Source: Mytilus edulis
Taxonomy: Eukaryota
DNA: 64,000 bases
Direction: 5' to 3'
NCBI RefSeq assembly: GCF_963676685.1
Contig: NC_092347.1
Span: 90,148,001-90,212,000, forward strand
Below are positions 1-12,755 of this stretch, piece by piece. How positions within the stretch are numbered: position 1 is the first letter of the stretch; the number at the start of each line of letters is the position of its first letter. Below the pieces are notes generated by a model. It searched no databases, was not told the origin of the DNA, and saw only the letters and a list, made by a program, of their open reading frames with translations. The position numbers and the translations under genes were made by a program.

Positions 1-79
1 GTTTGCCTTGTTCTTATCATTAATTGTATTTAAACTGAGGTAAGAGAAATCCTAGTGTATTTGTTTCGTGTTGATTTCA

Positions 80-676
80 TTTTTAGCTCACCTGGTCCTT
101 GGCGTCCGTTGCCGTCCGTCGTCGGTCAACTTTTACAAAAATCTTCTCCTCTGAAACTACTCGGCCAAATTAAACCAAACCTGGCCTGAATCATCCTTAG
201 GGTATCTATTTTATAAAATGTATCCGATGACGCGGTTCGTCATTCTGAAACGTAAGCCTTATAGGATAAACATGTTCATAAAGTGTTCTTGGGTTGTTGT
301 CCTTGACTTGTAATTTAGTTATTATCCTGAATATTGTAATATAAAAGTTGTTCAGCAAAATTAAAATCTACAAATAAGGCAACATAATCAAAATTGTCAA
401 TTGACCCCACAAAGAGGTTTTGCCCTTTAAAGTCATTGTTTTACAATTTTTGTAAATTTTTACAAAATATTTTCCTCTGAAACTACTGTGCCAAGTTCAT
501 TATAGATAGAAATAATTGTAAACAGTTATAATGTTCAGTAAAGTAAGATCTACAAACACATCACCATCACCAAATCAGAGTTCTGTCATGAATTCTATTT
601 TATCTATAATGTATGTCATTTGTTTGATATGCACATAGACCCAGGTGAGCGACACAGGCTCTTCAAAGCCTCTAGC
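80..676 (+). mobile_element. Helentron-associated (HINE-like) non-autonomous element
   Basis: T-run then AGCTCACCTGG at the 5' end, GTCC/GTCG microsatellite at ~103-125, inverted subterminal CCAGGTGAGC at 641-650 followed by a short 3' hairpin (AGGCT..AGCCT) and T-run. This is the typical HINE layout. Confidence 0.6.
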
Positions 677-803
677 TTTTCCTTCAAATAATCGAAAACA
701 ACATTGTTGTATTTTTTTCTTTGTTGAGTAAATGTGGTGGCCAAACTCAATATTTTATGAAAACGCTTTAAATCATATTTATTCGTGTCTTAATCATCTT
801 TAC

Positions 804-961
804 CCTGCAGCTTGTTAAGTGATCTTCACAGTAACCTTCGGTATTAGCACACGCAGGATTGCTCCGTTTGTTTCTAGTCGGAACTTTAAGGAATGAGTAT
901 GCCTGACTTCGTTGTATTTTCCACGGTACTTCTACCGCTGCGTGGTTCGTGTTGGAAAATT
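804..961 (-). CDS. Exon 2 of a putative secreted Cys-containing precursor (gene continues off the left edge)
   Basis: Acceptor TTTATAG at 963-962, open frame (E)FSNTNHAAVEVPWKIQRSQAYSFLKVPTRNKRSNPACANTEGYCEDHLTSCR, donor GTAAAG at 803. Phase matches the exon at 1406-1367. RNKR is a furin-type site. Confidence 0.5.
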
Positions 962-1068
962 CTATAAAGGTAAATTCATCGTAAGCAAAATAGATATTGA
1001 AGATAAAAGATCGCCTATGTTATAAATATTTAGATATTATATTTTATAATAATTAAACTGAAATCTAT

Positions 1069-1099
<31 letters not shown>

Positions 1100-1366
1100 A
1101 TAAAGATCAAGGTCAATATACCACCAATGGCATCTCATATAACTACAAGTTTTAACATACCAAATTTGCTGCTTGCCGAAGTAAGGTGTTGCCTCTTAAT
1201 TGTTCTTCAAAATACAAAACAAAAAGTATTTTAATAACTTTATATATTTAATAAACCTTGCAATATAGTTAATCGAGCACTGCATAAAAATAATTGACAA
1301 ACTTTCAGTTCATGGAAAAAAAACTTCTATAGTCCTGATATTATTGTATATATTAAAAACACTTAC

Positions 1367-1406
1367 CTATTAGGGTCAAGATAAACGCGTAATGAGAAGG
1401 AAACAT
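1367..1406 (-). CDS. First coding exon of the putative secreted precursor (MFPSHYAFILTLI)
   Basis: Acceptor ATTTTTGTCTTTCACAG at 1415-1414, ATG 7 nt into the exon, hydrophobic YAFILTLI, perfect donor G|GTAAGT at 1366, phase 1. Confidence 0.5.
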
Positions 1407-2801
1407 CGTGTCACTGTGAAAGACAAAAATAACCAGGAATAAAATAAATTAGGAACAAAATGCTAATTGAATGGTTATTCTAAGATAAAAATTATCCAAC
1501 GAACACCATCTACATATGCCAAACAAAGTGAAATTGAATGACTTATGTATTGTTTAATACATTTTCCGAAAATATTTTGTTCAACAAATATAACTTTATT
1601 ACTAAATAAGTTTAAAAGTTATTACATTTTATCTTTATGTAATTTGTGATATTGTTAAAAGGTTTGCAAAAAGGCGTGCAAAAGCAGCGTATTTTTGATA
1701 CCCGGGCACGTCCACTTGTATTTTTGTCCTTCTGATGAGTCAAGCCTTTTTTTACTGATTTTTATAGTTCGTTCTTATGTTGTACTGTTATACAAATGTC
1801 CCAGGTTATGAGGAGGGTTGTCGCGCTGACATGTTAAACCTCGCCACATTATGTATGTACGTTTGTTTATAATGTGTTAAATATTTGTTTTTCGTTCATT
1901 TTTGTACATAAATTAGGCCATTAGTTTTCTCGTTTGAAGTGTTTTACATTGTCATTTCGGGGCCTTTTAAAACTGACTATGCGGTATTGAATTTGCTCAT
2001 TATTGAAGGCCGTACGGTGACCTATAGAGGTTAATGTCATTTTGGTCTTTTGTGGAGAGTTGTATCATTGGCAATCATACCACATCGTCTTTTTTTTATA
2101 TATATATACACCTATTTGTTTTTGACGCTATTTTGTCCTCAAAGATGTAATTGCAATTAGAAAGAAATTTTTTTTTTAAATAAAAAAAATCGAATGTGTT
2201 TATTGTCATACAAGTGAGAGGTTTATATGTATGCATCTGACTTTTATTATTATGCAAAAGAAAGAAAAAAAAGTCGTTTAAATAACAATTGAAAGTAATA
2301 GCAGGCTAGATATCTTTAACACCAGGTTTTATCCATCCTTTTCTGCATAAGGAAATGTATGTTCGAAGTCACGAATACGACAGGTTTTTTTTTCCATTCG
2401 ATTGATGTGTTTGATCTTTTGGTTTTGCCATTTTAGAAAGAACTTTCCGTCTTGAATATTGTTTCTTTCAGTTCGTTTTTTTTGTTGTTGTTATTTTGAC
2501 TTCTTTTTATACTAAGGCAGAAGAAATTGTTGAAAATGTAGAATTTTTCAAAATTGATCAAGCTTAAGATCAATTACAATTTTGCAATTTCTTTTGTAAG
2601 GTATACCTCGTCAATAGTTGTCAAAGGATTTCTATAATTTAGAGAATGAACAGATCTAAAGCCTCGGTCATACCTTACCGGATAGCACGAACGGACGCCT
2701 AATGGATGATATAAAAATTGTCCGTTGACAAAATTTGTATCCGTTTGGAGTCCGTTGATGTACTGACCGGATAAAACGTACGTGTAACGAATGCATAACT
2801 A

Positions 2802-4812
2802 GTATATCAAGTCAACAGAAACTATATTCTTAGATATTTACGAACAACAGTTACTATCTAATATCTTTTTTGTAACAGGTGTTGTCCCAGATGGTTGGCT
2901 GATTGGAAATATTAAACCGTTTTTCAAAAACAAAGGTGACAAAATGGACCCAAAAATTATAGACCAATCACAATTCTAAGCTGCCTTGGGAAACTAATTA
3001 CTGCATTGAGTGAGTGATTAACTAAGTTCTCAGACGAATTTCTTATCTTGAACGAAAATCAATGTGGATTTCGTAAGGGCTATTCAACAACCGATAATTT
3101 GTTTATAATTTTTAACATTTTTTAAATTCTAAAAAACAAAAACAAAAAAATTGATTTTGAAAAAGCTTTCGACAAAGTTTGGTGGGATGGACTATGGTAC
3201 AAGTTGCTAGTACAATGTAACGGTAACATATATAATATAATTGTTTTAAAATATGTATAACGGTACAAAGTCTTGTATTTCTTATAATGATTGTAAGTCA
3301 GAATTTTTCCCATGAAGTAACGGGGTACGCCAAAGGGAAAACTTGTCCCCATTTCTTTCCGCCTTATTCATGAACGACCTCGGGTCATATTTATCAAACT
3401 GTAACTTAGATGGTCTTAAAACTAAAACTAACGAAATTGAAATCAAACTAAATACATATTTGAAATTATTTGTAATTGTATATGCTGATGATACTGTGCT
3501 AATGGCAGAATCAGCTGCAGATCTCCAAAGGTAACTTGACTCATTTCAAGATTATTGTACTTTATGGAAACTGAAAGTAAATGCTGATAAAAGTAAAATC
3601 ATGGTTTTTTCTAAAGGAACACTTCCAAGAAACCTAAATATAAACGGAACAGAATTAGAAATAGTGAATAGTTTTAATTATCTAGGGATAGACTTAGCTA
3701 GAAGTGGGAATTTTAAGAAAGCGAAACAGTCCATAGCTAATAAACCTACGAAGGCTTTCTACGAGGTTCTAAAATTATGCAGAAACCACGGCCGGACTTT
3801 CAATCAAAACGCAACTAGAATTATTAGATAAAATGATAAAGCCTATTATATTGTATGGGTGCGAAGTTTGGGGTTTTAGCAATAACGAAATAATCTAAAA
3901 AAGTCCACCAAAAATTTTGCAAATTGCTTTTACATTTAAAATCTTCTGCACCATCGTATATGGTATATGGCAAACTTGGAAGATATCCTCTGATAATTGA
4001 CATAAAAAATAGAATGATATCATTCTGGGGTAAAATTCTTTCTTGAAAGGAGTCAAAATTGTTAAAAATTGTCTATAACTTATGTTTTCAATTGTCATTT
4101 GTAAATGGAGAAAAAAAAATTATGGTTAGATAACATAAAATATATTATATTTTGAATGAATGTGGCTTAACATATATTTGGAATTCACAAACTTTTATTA
4201 ACTTGAGTTGGCTACGTCTTACAGTTTGTAGAAACCTTAAAGATCAATTTGAACAGAATTGGCACTTACTGTTAGAAGAATCACCAAAAGCTGTAAATTA
4301 CAAAGTATTTAAAGATAATTTTAGTTCTGAAGCTTATTTAGATATTTTAGATAACAAAAATCTTGTAGAATTTTGTAGATTTAGAACGACGAATCATAAA
4401 TTACCCATTGAAGCTGGTAGATGGTTAAACACCAGCAGACAAAATAGAAACTGTGCTCTGTGTAAAAACAATGAACTCGGGGATGAATTTCACTTTATTT
4501 TGGAATGCCGATTTTTTTAACAGGAGAGGAAAAATTACATAGAAAAGTATAGCTATTCAAAAGCAAATATTTTAAAGTATAAATTATTAATGTCATAAAA
4601 AATGGTACAGTTGAATAACCTCTTCAAATTTATCAAAACTTTAAATAAATCTGTGTGAACTCCAGGCTTTATCTAGTATGACGCCACCCCTTTTAATTAT
4701 TTTGTAACAATTCTTGTATTAATTGAATATTGTATATATTGTAAATATTGTACATATGTATTTTTCTATACCTTGTCAAAATGATGGTTTATTGAGAATA
4801 AAGATATATATA
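2802..4812 (+). mobile_element. Degenerate 5'-truncated non-LTR retrotransposon (RT plus C-terminal CCHC; RTE-X/CR1-like), copy 1
   Basis: Fragments encode NENQCGFR, FEKAFDKV, QGENLSPFL, YADDTVL and the C-terminal CxxC...DEFHFILEC zinc knuckle. Multiple stops and frameshifts. Ends in AATAAA plus (TA)n. Confidence 0.85.
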
Positions 4813-4819
4813 ACATATG

Positions 4820-5203
4820 TAGGACTCTAAAGTGCGATGGTACTCTAAAATGCGATGGTCACGCTAAAGTGCGATGATTTACGCTAAAGTACTATGATGG
4901 TGTCTCACGCTAAAGTGCGATGTTCTACGCTAAAAGAGGGTACGATGGTGTATCACACTAAAGTGCGATGGTTGTTTGTTCGCTAAAGTAGAATGGTGTA
5001 TCACGCTAAAGTGCGATGGTTTTTTGTTCGCTAAAGTACAATGGTGCATCACGCTAAAGTGCGATGGGTCAAAGGGTAAGATTCGAAGTATTAAAACTTA
5101 GAGGTTTAAAAGATCTTTTTGCAAAAGCTATCTATATTTTCGCGGACCATCGCATTTAAGCGTAAGAGAGCATCGCACTTAAGCGTAGCCCATCGCACTT
5201 TAT
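4820..5203. repeat. Array of short ACGCTAAAGTGCGATGG repeats with an inverted block (DNA-transposon-like subterminal repeats)
   Basis: More than ten direct copies at 4825-5068 and inverted CATCGCACTT copies at 5146-5202. A second copy of the array lies at 12260-12482. Confidence 0.65.
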
Positions 5204-5559
5204 ACCCCAGTCCCACTAGGCCACGATTGAGCTTTATGTACGGGGCGCCGAATGGGACTCTTGTGATTTTGTACTCGAAATTCAATTTTGTACGGACAAA
5301 AGTGAGTTTTGTTCAACAAAAATGAGTTCAGTTTAACAAAATTTGTAGCATACTACAAATTTAAAATTTTGTCATACAAAATTATCTTTCAGTGGACAAA
5401 AGTTACTTTTGTAATGACACAATTCATTTTTGTAACACAGACTTTACTTTTGTGACTTAATTTGAAAATTGGGCGACAAAATTCAATTTTGACTCACAAA
5501 AGTCAATTTTGTATGCAAATTTGTTTAGTTTGGATACTGTGAACTAATTTGCATACAAA

Positions 5560-5650
5560 ATCGACTTTTGTGAGACAAAATTGACTTTTGTGAGACAAAA
5601 TTGACTTTTTTGAGACAAAATTGACATTTGTGAGACAAAATTGACATTTA
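5560..5650. repeat. 20-bp tandem repeat TTGACTTTTGTGAGACAAAA
   Basis: About 4.5 near-identical units, with degenerate related units in 5270-5540. Confidence 0.75.
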
Positions 5651-7639
5651 CCTGTGCACTTTATTGTGGGATCTCGTGTCATCATGATAAGAAGTTTTAT
5701 TGAGTGAAACAACTGCTTACGGAATAACACATGATGTGCAGTTAGCCAATCAGAATAACGTATTGTAATGAAACATACATCTAATGTAATTATTTGCACA
5801 TGTATATAAACAGTATAAACTGAAATCGAAATAACTGTAATTCCGAAATTTTGCGCAATTCAAAATGAATTGGTTGGTGCAAGCAGAAATTTCTATATCT
5901 TCAGTATAATATATATAATATATATATATTATACTTTGCTAATTATTTTATTTTTGAAGTGGCGGTAAAGCCGTAATTTTCAATCAGCGGATCTATATTT
6001 TTCCCTGCCGCTTTTTCATGCTGGAAGCTTGTAATACACAATGTTCCATTCAATTCAAATTAACTGAAAAGCAACGTGTATTCATTTCTTTTAAATTTTC
6101 GTTCATTTTGAAAGACAGTTTTACTTCGGAGTTCCCGTTTGTTCATCCGGGAGACCCCATCACCTTTAGTCATTACGATTCTCGTTCAAGTTTATTGTCA
6201 CTTTCTCTTGCTTACCCGTCTGAAGTAATTTCCGACATTATATTATACAAATTTCATGTCACACAGAAAGCAATTAAACTCTTTTGCTTTTCAATGTTCT
6301 TTTTTACTATAAATTATTTGTTTTAAAATAGCACTAGTACTTTCATTTTCAAATTCTATTTATAGACCATATCGCGGACGTGAAAGAAAGCACTGTAAAG
6401 AAAGATTTATGTTTACATTTATATGAGAAAATGGTTATATAACAGTTATAACAGGAATATCAAATTAAAAAATATTAGTATTAACCTCTTTTTTTGTGTC
6501 GAGGATTGAATACGTCCTAGCCGTTTTCACTCACGTTGACAGTTGTTTTGGGAAAATGTATTTCTTTGAATGCAAATGAATGAATGTCCGTGACAAAGTT
6601 TGCTTTGGCATTTTAATAAATAAAATGACAATATATAGTGTATAAGCTTTTAATTTGTTATTGTGGGAGTTGACGTGTTTAATGCATGCACGTGTTTATG
6701 ATATTCTTATCAATATATACTACATTTCGCTTTCACGTCATATCAACATTCCTGATTTTTTAAGTCTCTGATCTTTGCCGATTACCGGCGTATAGTAAGT
6801 TCATGTATGGACAGTTACCCCAAGGTATAAACAAAACAGTTCCGAGATCCATTCTTTGTACTTTGAACAGTTTTGTAGAAACATAATTTATATGCAAGCT
6901 TTAAGTTGGTCAGCTAGTGTTAGTAAAGGACAGTAAACCAAACTCAGTCGCTCTTCGGTCATCACGACATGCCAATTTTTTTTATTTTCATGGGAGGAAA
7001 GCACTGTTTAAATGTTACAAGATATTTCATTTTTCATTCTTCAATTTTAGCTATATTTTGATGAGATGCATTCAATACTCTGCCACCAAATTGACCATTA
7101 TTCCGACGAAGCGGAATATATTCCGACATCTTGAAAATATTTTTTCTGGTGTACGGGAGATAACTCCCATAGCAACAAACGCCGATTTTCCCGTTTTCCG
7201 CTAGAGGCGTTCATTTACGTACCTCTCATATTAAAGCTGGACGTTGTATTGACACCTGGTGGTTTTTTTTGTTCAAGACTTTATGTTGCACTTAAGATTT
7301 CTTTTTGATTAGTTTGTTGGTCTAATGATTCATTGACTTGTACACCACATTTTGTTTAAAATGTATTAAAAAATAAAAAATAAAAAAAGTCCCCAGGAGA
7401 AGATTTGATTGTAAATGAGTATATCAAGTCAACAGAAACTATATTCTTAGATATTTACGAACAACTATTTAATATATTTGTTGTAACAGGTGTTGTCCCA
7501 GATGGTTGGCTGATTGGAAATATTAAACCTGTTTTCAAAAACAAAGGTGACAAAATGGACCCAAAAATTATAGACCAATCACAATTCTAAGCTGCCTTGG
7601 GAAACTAATTACTGTAATTTTGAGTGAGCGATTAACTTA

Positions 7640-9200
7640 GGCCGTGTTCACACCAAACGTCGTGTAGAGTAAACATGTTTACAATTAGTTTAGTGTAGTG
7701 TACACTGGTTTCACATTACATTTGTTCACATCTATACACCTTGTTTAGCTACCTGTACATAAGATTTGTTCCCACTTGTAAACAATATGTCATTTAAATG
7801 TTCATTACGTAGAACTGAATTCAAAAATTTTGGACAATTTTTCTAGCGGTAAGGGAACAACCATTTGACTTCAAAAGGGGGGTGGGGTGGGAATGGAAAT
7901 ATTCCGATCCCCAATTTGATAAAAAAAAAATGGTCATACAGATGATAAAAAAAATATTCTGAATCAAGTTTCCCCATACATTATAGTGTTAAATATTGAA
8001 AAAAAAAAAATTTGATCACCAGCATCGAAAAAAAAGAAATAAAAACGTACGCGCGAAAAAACAATCTGACTCGGATAAAAAAAAATAACCCTCCCCCTTT
8101 TTTAAGTTAAGGGGTTGCTACTTTATATAAGCGATTTTTATAATTTGCTGTAGTTTGAATATACTAGAGATGTCTCGATTACGCATTAGAAAACGTTAGC
8201 TGCAGAAGCGTGCTTACAGCCGAAAAAAAGGATTGAAATTTGAGATATTACATTTTTATCTTTTCTGTTTGTTTCAAATGGTATTTCTTCTCCAATGAGT
8301 ATTTGGTAAAAGAATAGGGTAACATTTTTTTATTTATTTTAAGTGTTATTAAACGGATCTGATCGAGATACTAGACAAACATATCATTTACCCCACACTT
8401 TTTTTAGTCATGCATTTATGCGTGAATCGTTGTTTGAGTAAAGACCAGTGGCGAATATTTCTGTGTACGTCAAGTCGATTCGGGAAGAACTTTTCAAATG
8501 AATTAGGCAGCAACTATTTACTTCATTTTTTGGGGAGGGGGAGTTGGGGGGGGGGGGGGGGGGGTAGAGGGGCGTTGGCTATTGATTTTTTTTTCAGGAC
8601 AAATTTTGGTGACAAGTCGAAATCAATTTTAGCATTATATATAGTGGCAGCTGAGGTTGAAGCAAACAAATTTTTTTTTCAGGGCCAAATACTGGAAACA
8701 TTTTTTGTTTCAAAACAAAATTCATAGCTCACCACCCCACCCCTTGCCTTTATGTTTTATACTCAATTATAATAGCCCCCCCCCCCCCCCCCCCCCCCGA
8801 AAATCAATTGGTTGCTGCCTTATGGGTTCGGCAATGATGCTGCTTTGAGTCTTGATCAGGGGTTATAAAGTACGTGAATTTTTTTTTACCAAAACAAATC
8901 TGTAAAATTTAGACAACAATTTCTGTACAGAACTATACTTATTATTATCAAAAATATCAATTTTACTCAAAAATAGTGTCCTCCTTAAATATATACACGG
9001 TAAAACTAATGTCCTAAATGCCTAGTTTTGTGTACACTTAACCTACACAAGCCCCACATTGACTATCGACTGTGTGTAGATAAAACATGATTTAAACTAC
9101 ATGTAAACATTGAGTTTTATCAATGGGAACGCAATTTTGTTTAGTTTACGTGTGAGTTACACTTACACAACACCGAATTTAGGTCAATGTGAACACGGCC
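7640..9200. mobile_element. PIF/Harbinger-like non-autonomous DNA transposon
   Basis: 13-bp perfect TIRs GGCCGTGTTCACA / TGTGAACACGGCC flanked by TTA (7637-7639) and TAA (9201-9203). The empty site TTAAC-TAA-GTTCTC is visible in LINE copy 1 at ~3017-3031. Confidence 0.8.
8506..8819. mobile_element. Nested Harbinger-like MITE
   Basis: TIRs GGCAGCAAC / GTTGCTGCC with TTA on both sides and subterminal poly-G/poly-C runs. A related, more degenerate MITE lies at ~7853-8122. Confidence 0.65.
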
Positions 9201-10636
9201 TAAGTTCTCAGACGAATTTCTTATCTTGAACGAAAATCAATGTGGATTTCGTAAGGGCTATTCAACAACCGATAATTTGTTTATAATTTTTAACTTTTTT
9301 GAAATTCTAAAAAACAAAAACAAAAAAATGTTTTGCGCTTTTATTGATTTTGAAAAAGCTTTCGACAAAGTTTGGCGGGATGGGCTATGGTACAAGTTGC
9401 TAGTAACGGTAACATGTATAATATAATTGTAAATATGTATAACGGTACAAAGTCTTGTATTTCTTATAATGATTGTAAGTCAGAATTTTTCCCGTGTAGT
9501 AACGGGGTACGCCAAGGGGAAAACTTGTCCCCATTTCTTTTCGCCTTATTTATGAACGACCTCGAGTCATATTTATCAAACTGTAACTTAGATGGTCTTC
9601 AAACGAAAACTAACGAAATTGAAAACAAACTTAATACATATTTGAAATTATTTGTAATTTTATATGCTGATGATACTGTGCTAATGGCAGAATCAGCGGC
9701 AGATCTCCAAAGGTAACTTGACTCATTTCAAGATTATTGTACTTTATGGAAACTGAAATTAAATGCTGATAAAAGTAAAATCATGGTTTTTTTCTAAAGG
9801 AACACTTCCAAGAAACCTAAATATGAACGGAACAGAATTAGAAATAGTGAATAGTTTTAATTATCTAGGGATAGACTTAGCTAGAAGTGGGAATTTAAAG
9901 AAAACGAAACAGTCCAGAGCAGAAACCACGGACTTTCAATCAAAACGCAACTAGAATTATTAGATAAAATGATAAAGCCTATTATATTATATGGGTGCGA
10001 AGTATGGGGTTTTAGCAATAACGAAATAATCTAAAAAGTCCACCAAAAATTTTGCAAATTGCTTTTACATTTAAAATCTTCTACACCATCGTATATGGTA
10101 TATGGCAAACTTGGAAGATATCCTCTGATAATTGACATAAAAAATAGAATGATATCATTCTGGGGTAAAATTCTTTCTGGAAAGGAGTCAAAATTGTTAA
10201 AAATTGTCTATAACTTATGTTTTCAATTGTCATTTGTAAATGGAGAAAAAAAATTATGGTTAGATAACATAAAAAATATTTTGAATGAATGTGGCTTAAC
10301 ATATATTTGGAATTCACAAACTTTTATTAACTTGAGTTGGCTACGTCTTACAGTTTGTAGAAACCTTAAAGATCAATTTGAACAGAATTGGCACTTACTG
10401 TTAGAAGAATCACCAAAAGCTGTAAATTACAAAGTATTTAAAGATAATTTTAGTTCTGAAGCTTATTTAGATATTTTAGATAACAAAAATCTTGTAGAAT
10501 TTTGTAGATTTAGAACGACGAATCATAAATTACCCATTGAAGCTGTTAGATGGTTAAACACCAGCAGACAAAATAGAAACTGTGCTCTGTGTAAAAACAA
10601 TGAACTCGGGGATGAATTTCACTTTATTTTGGAATG

Positions 10637-11936
10637 TGTTATGAAAGGATTTAGGACACTTTTAGAAATAATTAGAAATTGAAATAAAGTAGAGCTTTTT
10701 AAAACAAAAATTATATATTTCTAATTTACTAAGTCAGTTAAAAGTAAAAAGAGAATATGAATGTCAAATGATTTGTTGATATAGGAAAATAAAGTAAGAA
10801 GAAAACACATAAAGAAGGTAGCGAATAACAAGCATTATCTTAGATGCATGATAAGCAAAAATAGTACAAATCAAGAACCTCATTAAGTATTTGGCACGCG
10901 TTGAGAAGGTTGCTAGGTCGACGGACAGATGTATGTCGAATTGATATTACATCCAAGGTTATAACCATATTCACAGAATGTGTAGATACTACAGCATCAT
11001 GAATATTCAGTAATACATTTAGGCACACGAGATAGTTATTAATAACCAATCAAAAAGTTTAGATACGAAGATTGACGTACACAAGATATTAATTAAAATT
11101 TAACATCTTTAATTATCAATTATTATAAAGATCAGAAATTGAAATTCTTCCAAAAATATTATTTTATCTAATTTGAGAAATAAAAGTCCAAATGTTTTTC
11201 AAAAACAAATAAATACATTTTGCATATTATGAAGCAATAAATGTTTTGGCAACACTTTCCATCGTTTGCAAAAGGAAGCTCAATCTTGTCTGGGGAACAA
11301 GAATGTCGGGTAATGAGTAGTGACTATAAAAGCAAACGTAAGTCTACTGCCCGTACATTACATTACATTACAATCCTTGTTCCAACCAGCAAATTGAGTT
11401 GTCTTATTTATTTCATTAAAAAGGTAAGTTATATAATGTTAATTAAAGTAATTTAATAAAATAAATTAATTGCAAATTAATAGGAAATAATTCAATAAAT
11501 ATAATAAGTTTAATTCGAGCAATATTTGAAATTGAAATATATATTTGTTATTGTCAAATGATAACCTTGTTGTTAATCTGTATGATTTATGCACTGTAAT
11601 ATTTTACGATCAAAAAGAAAAGAAACATTACATTACATTACAATCCTTGTTCCAACCAGCAAATTGAGTTGTCTTATTTATTTCATTAAAAAGGGTAAGA
11701 AGGCGCGAGTCCCACTCTCGCTGCCAAGCCAGTCCACAACAACGACATGTAGTCCCCAGATGTCCAAACATCCTTCTACCGACAAGAACTGTAGAAGAAC
11801 TGAGAAAACAAGAAGAGACAAATCAACACCATGTTGTTCAATTTAGAAACCACCGAAGACAATTCAAATACAAACATCAACAAGAGATACCATGTTCAGA
11901 CCAACAACAGATGACAGCAAAAACAACTTCACAACA
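10637..11936 (+). mobile_element. Solo LTR (1300 bp; 4-bp TSD, Ty3/Gypsy-like)
   Basis: Begins TGTTATGA, ends TCACAACA, flanked by an AATG duplication (10633-10636, 11937-11940). The empty site GGAATGCC is seen in LINE copy 1 at ~4502. TATAAAAG at ~11326. Confidence 0.8.
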
Positions 11937-12545
11937 AATGCCAATTTTTATAACAGGAGAGGAAAAATTACATAGAAAAGTATAGCTATTCAAAAGCAAA
12001 TATTTTAAAGTATAATTTATTATTGTCATAAAAAAAGAAGGTACAGTTGATTAACCTCTTCAAATTTATTAAAACTATAAATAAATCTGTGTGAACTCCA
12101 GGCTTTATCTAGTATGACGCCACCCCTTTTAATTATTTTGTAACATGTCTTGTATTAATTGAATATTGTATAATATATTGTAAATATTGTACATACGTAT
12201 TTTTCTATACCTTGTCAAAATGATGGTTTATTGAGAATAAAGATATATATAACATATGTAGGACTCTAAAGTGCGATGGTACTCTAAAATGCGATGGTCA
12301 CGCCAAAGTGCGATGATCTACGCTAAAGTGCGATGTTCTACGCTAAAAGAGGGTACGATGGTGTATCACACTAAAGTGCGATGGTTGTTTGTTCGCTAAA
12401 GTAGAATGGTGTATCACGCTAAAGTGCGATGGTTTTTTGTTCGCTAAAGTACAATGGTGTATCACGCTAAAGTGCGATGGACCAAAGGGTAAGATTAGAA
12501 GTATTAAAACAAAGAGGTTTAAAAGATCGTTTTGCAAAAGCTATT

Positions 12546-12755
12546 ACCCCAGTCCCACCAGGCCACGATCGCACTACGATCTGTGAAAAAATGCAAATTT
12601 TGATGATCGTAGTGCGATCGTGTAGATCGCAGTAAGGTCGTATGACGGTCGTGGTGAGGTCTTCAAGATCGTGAAGAGCGTGGCCAACTTTGAACATGTT
12701 CAAAACAATCGTGGTGCGGTCGTGGCGAAATCAGGTCGTAGTAGAAGCGTAGTGA
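12546..12755. mobile_element. Truncated end of a DNA transposon (Harbinger-like MITE)
   Basis: Starts ACCCCAGTCCCAC after TTA, has dense CACGAT/ATCGTG subterminal motifs and the palindrome TTGAACATGTTCAA. The same start is at ~5203. Confidence 0.4.

Larger units (their letters stand above)
7385..12252 (+). mobile_element. Degenerate non-LTR retrotransposon, copy 2, interrupted by a MITE and a solo LTR
   Basis: Near-identical to 2802-4812 (ORF fragments 9226-10682 with GVRQGENLSP, YADD and CCHC motifs). Shares the same stop after DLQR. Interrupted at 7640-9200 and 10637-11936. Confidence 0.85.

Noticed and set aside
1730-1775. CTGATGAG here and at ~47136 as hammerhead cores
   Set aside because: No stem II followed by GAAA; part of the common interspersed repeat.
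8530-8580. Poly-G run as a functional G-quadruplex or Gly-rich ORF
   Set aside because: It is the subterminal tract of a MITE, mirrored by poly-C at 8776-8798.
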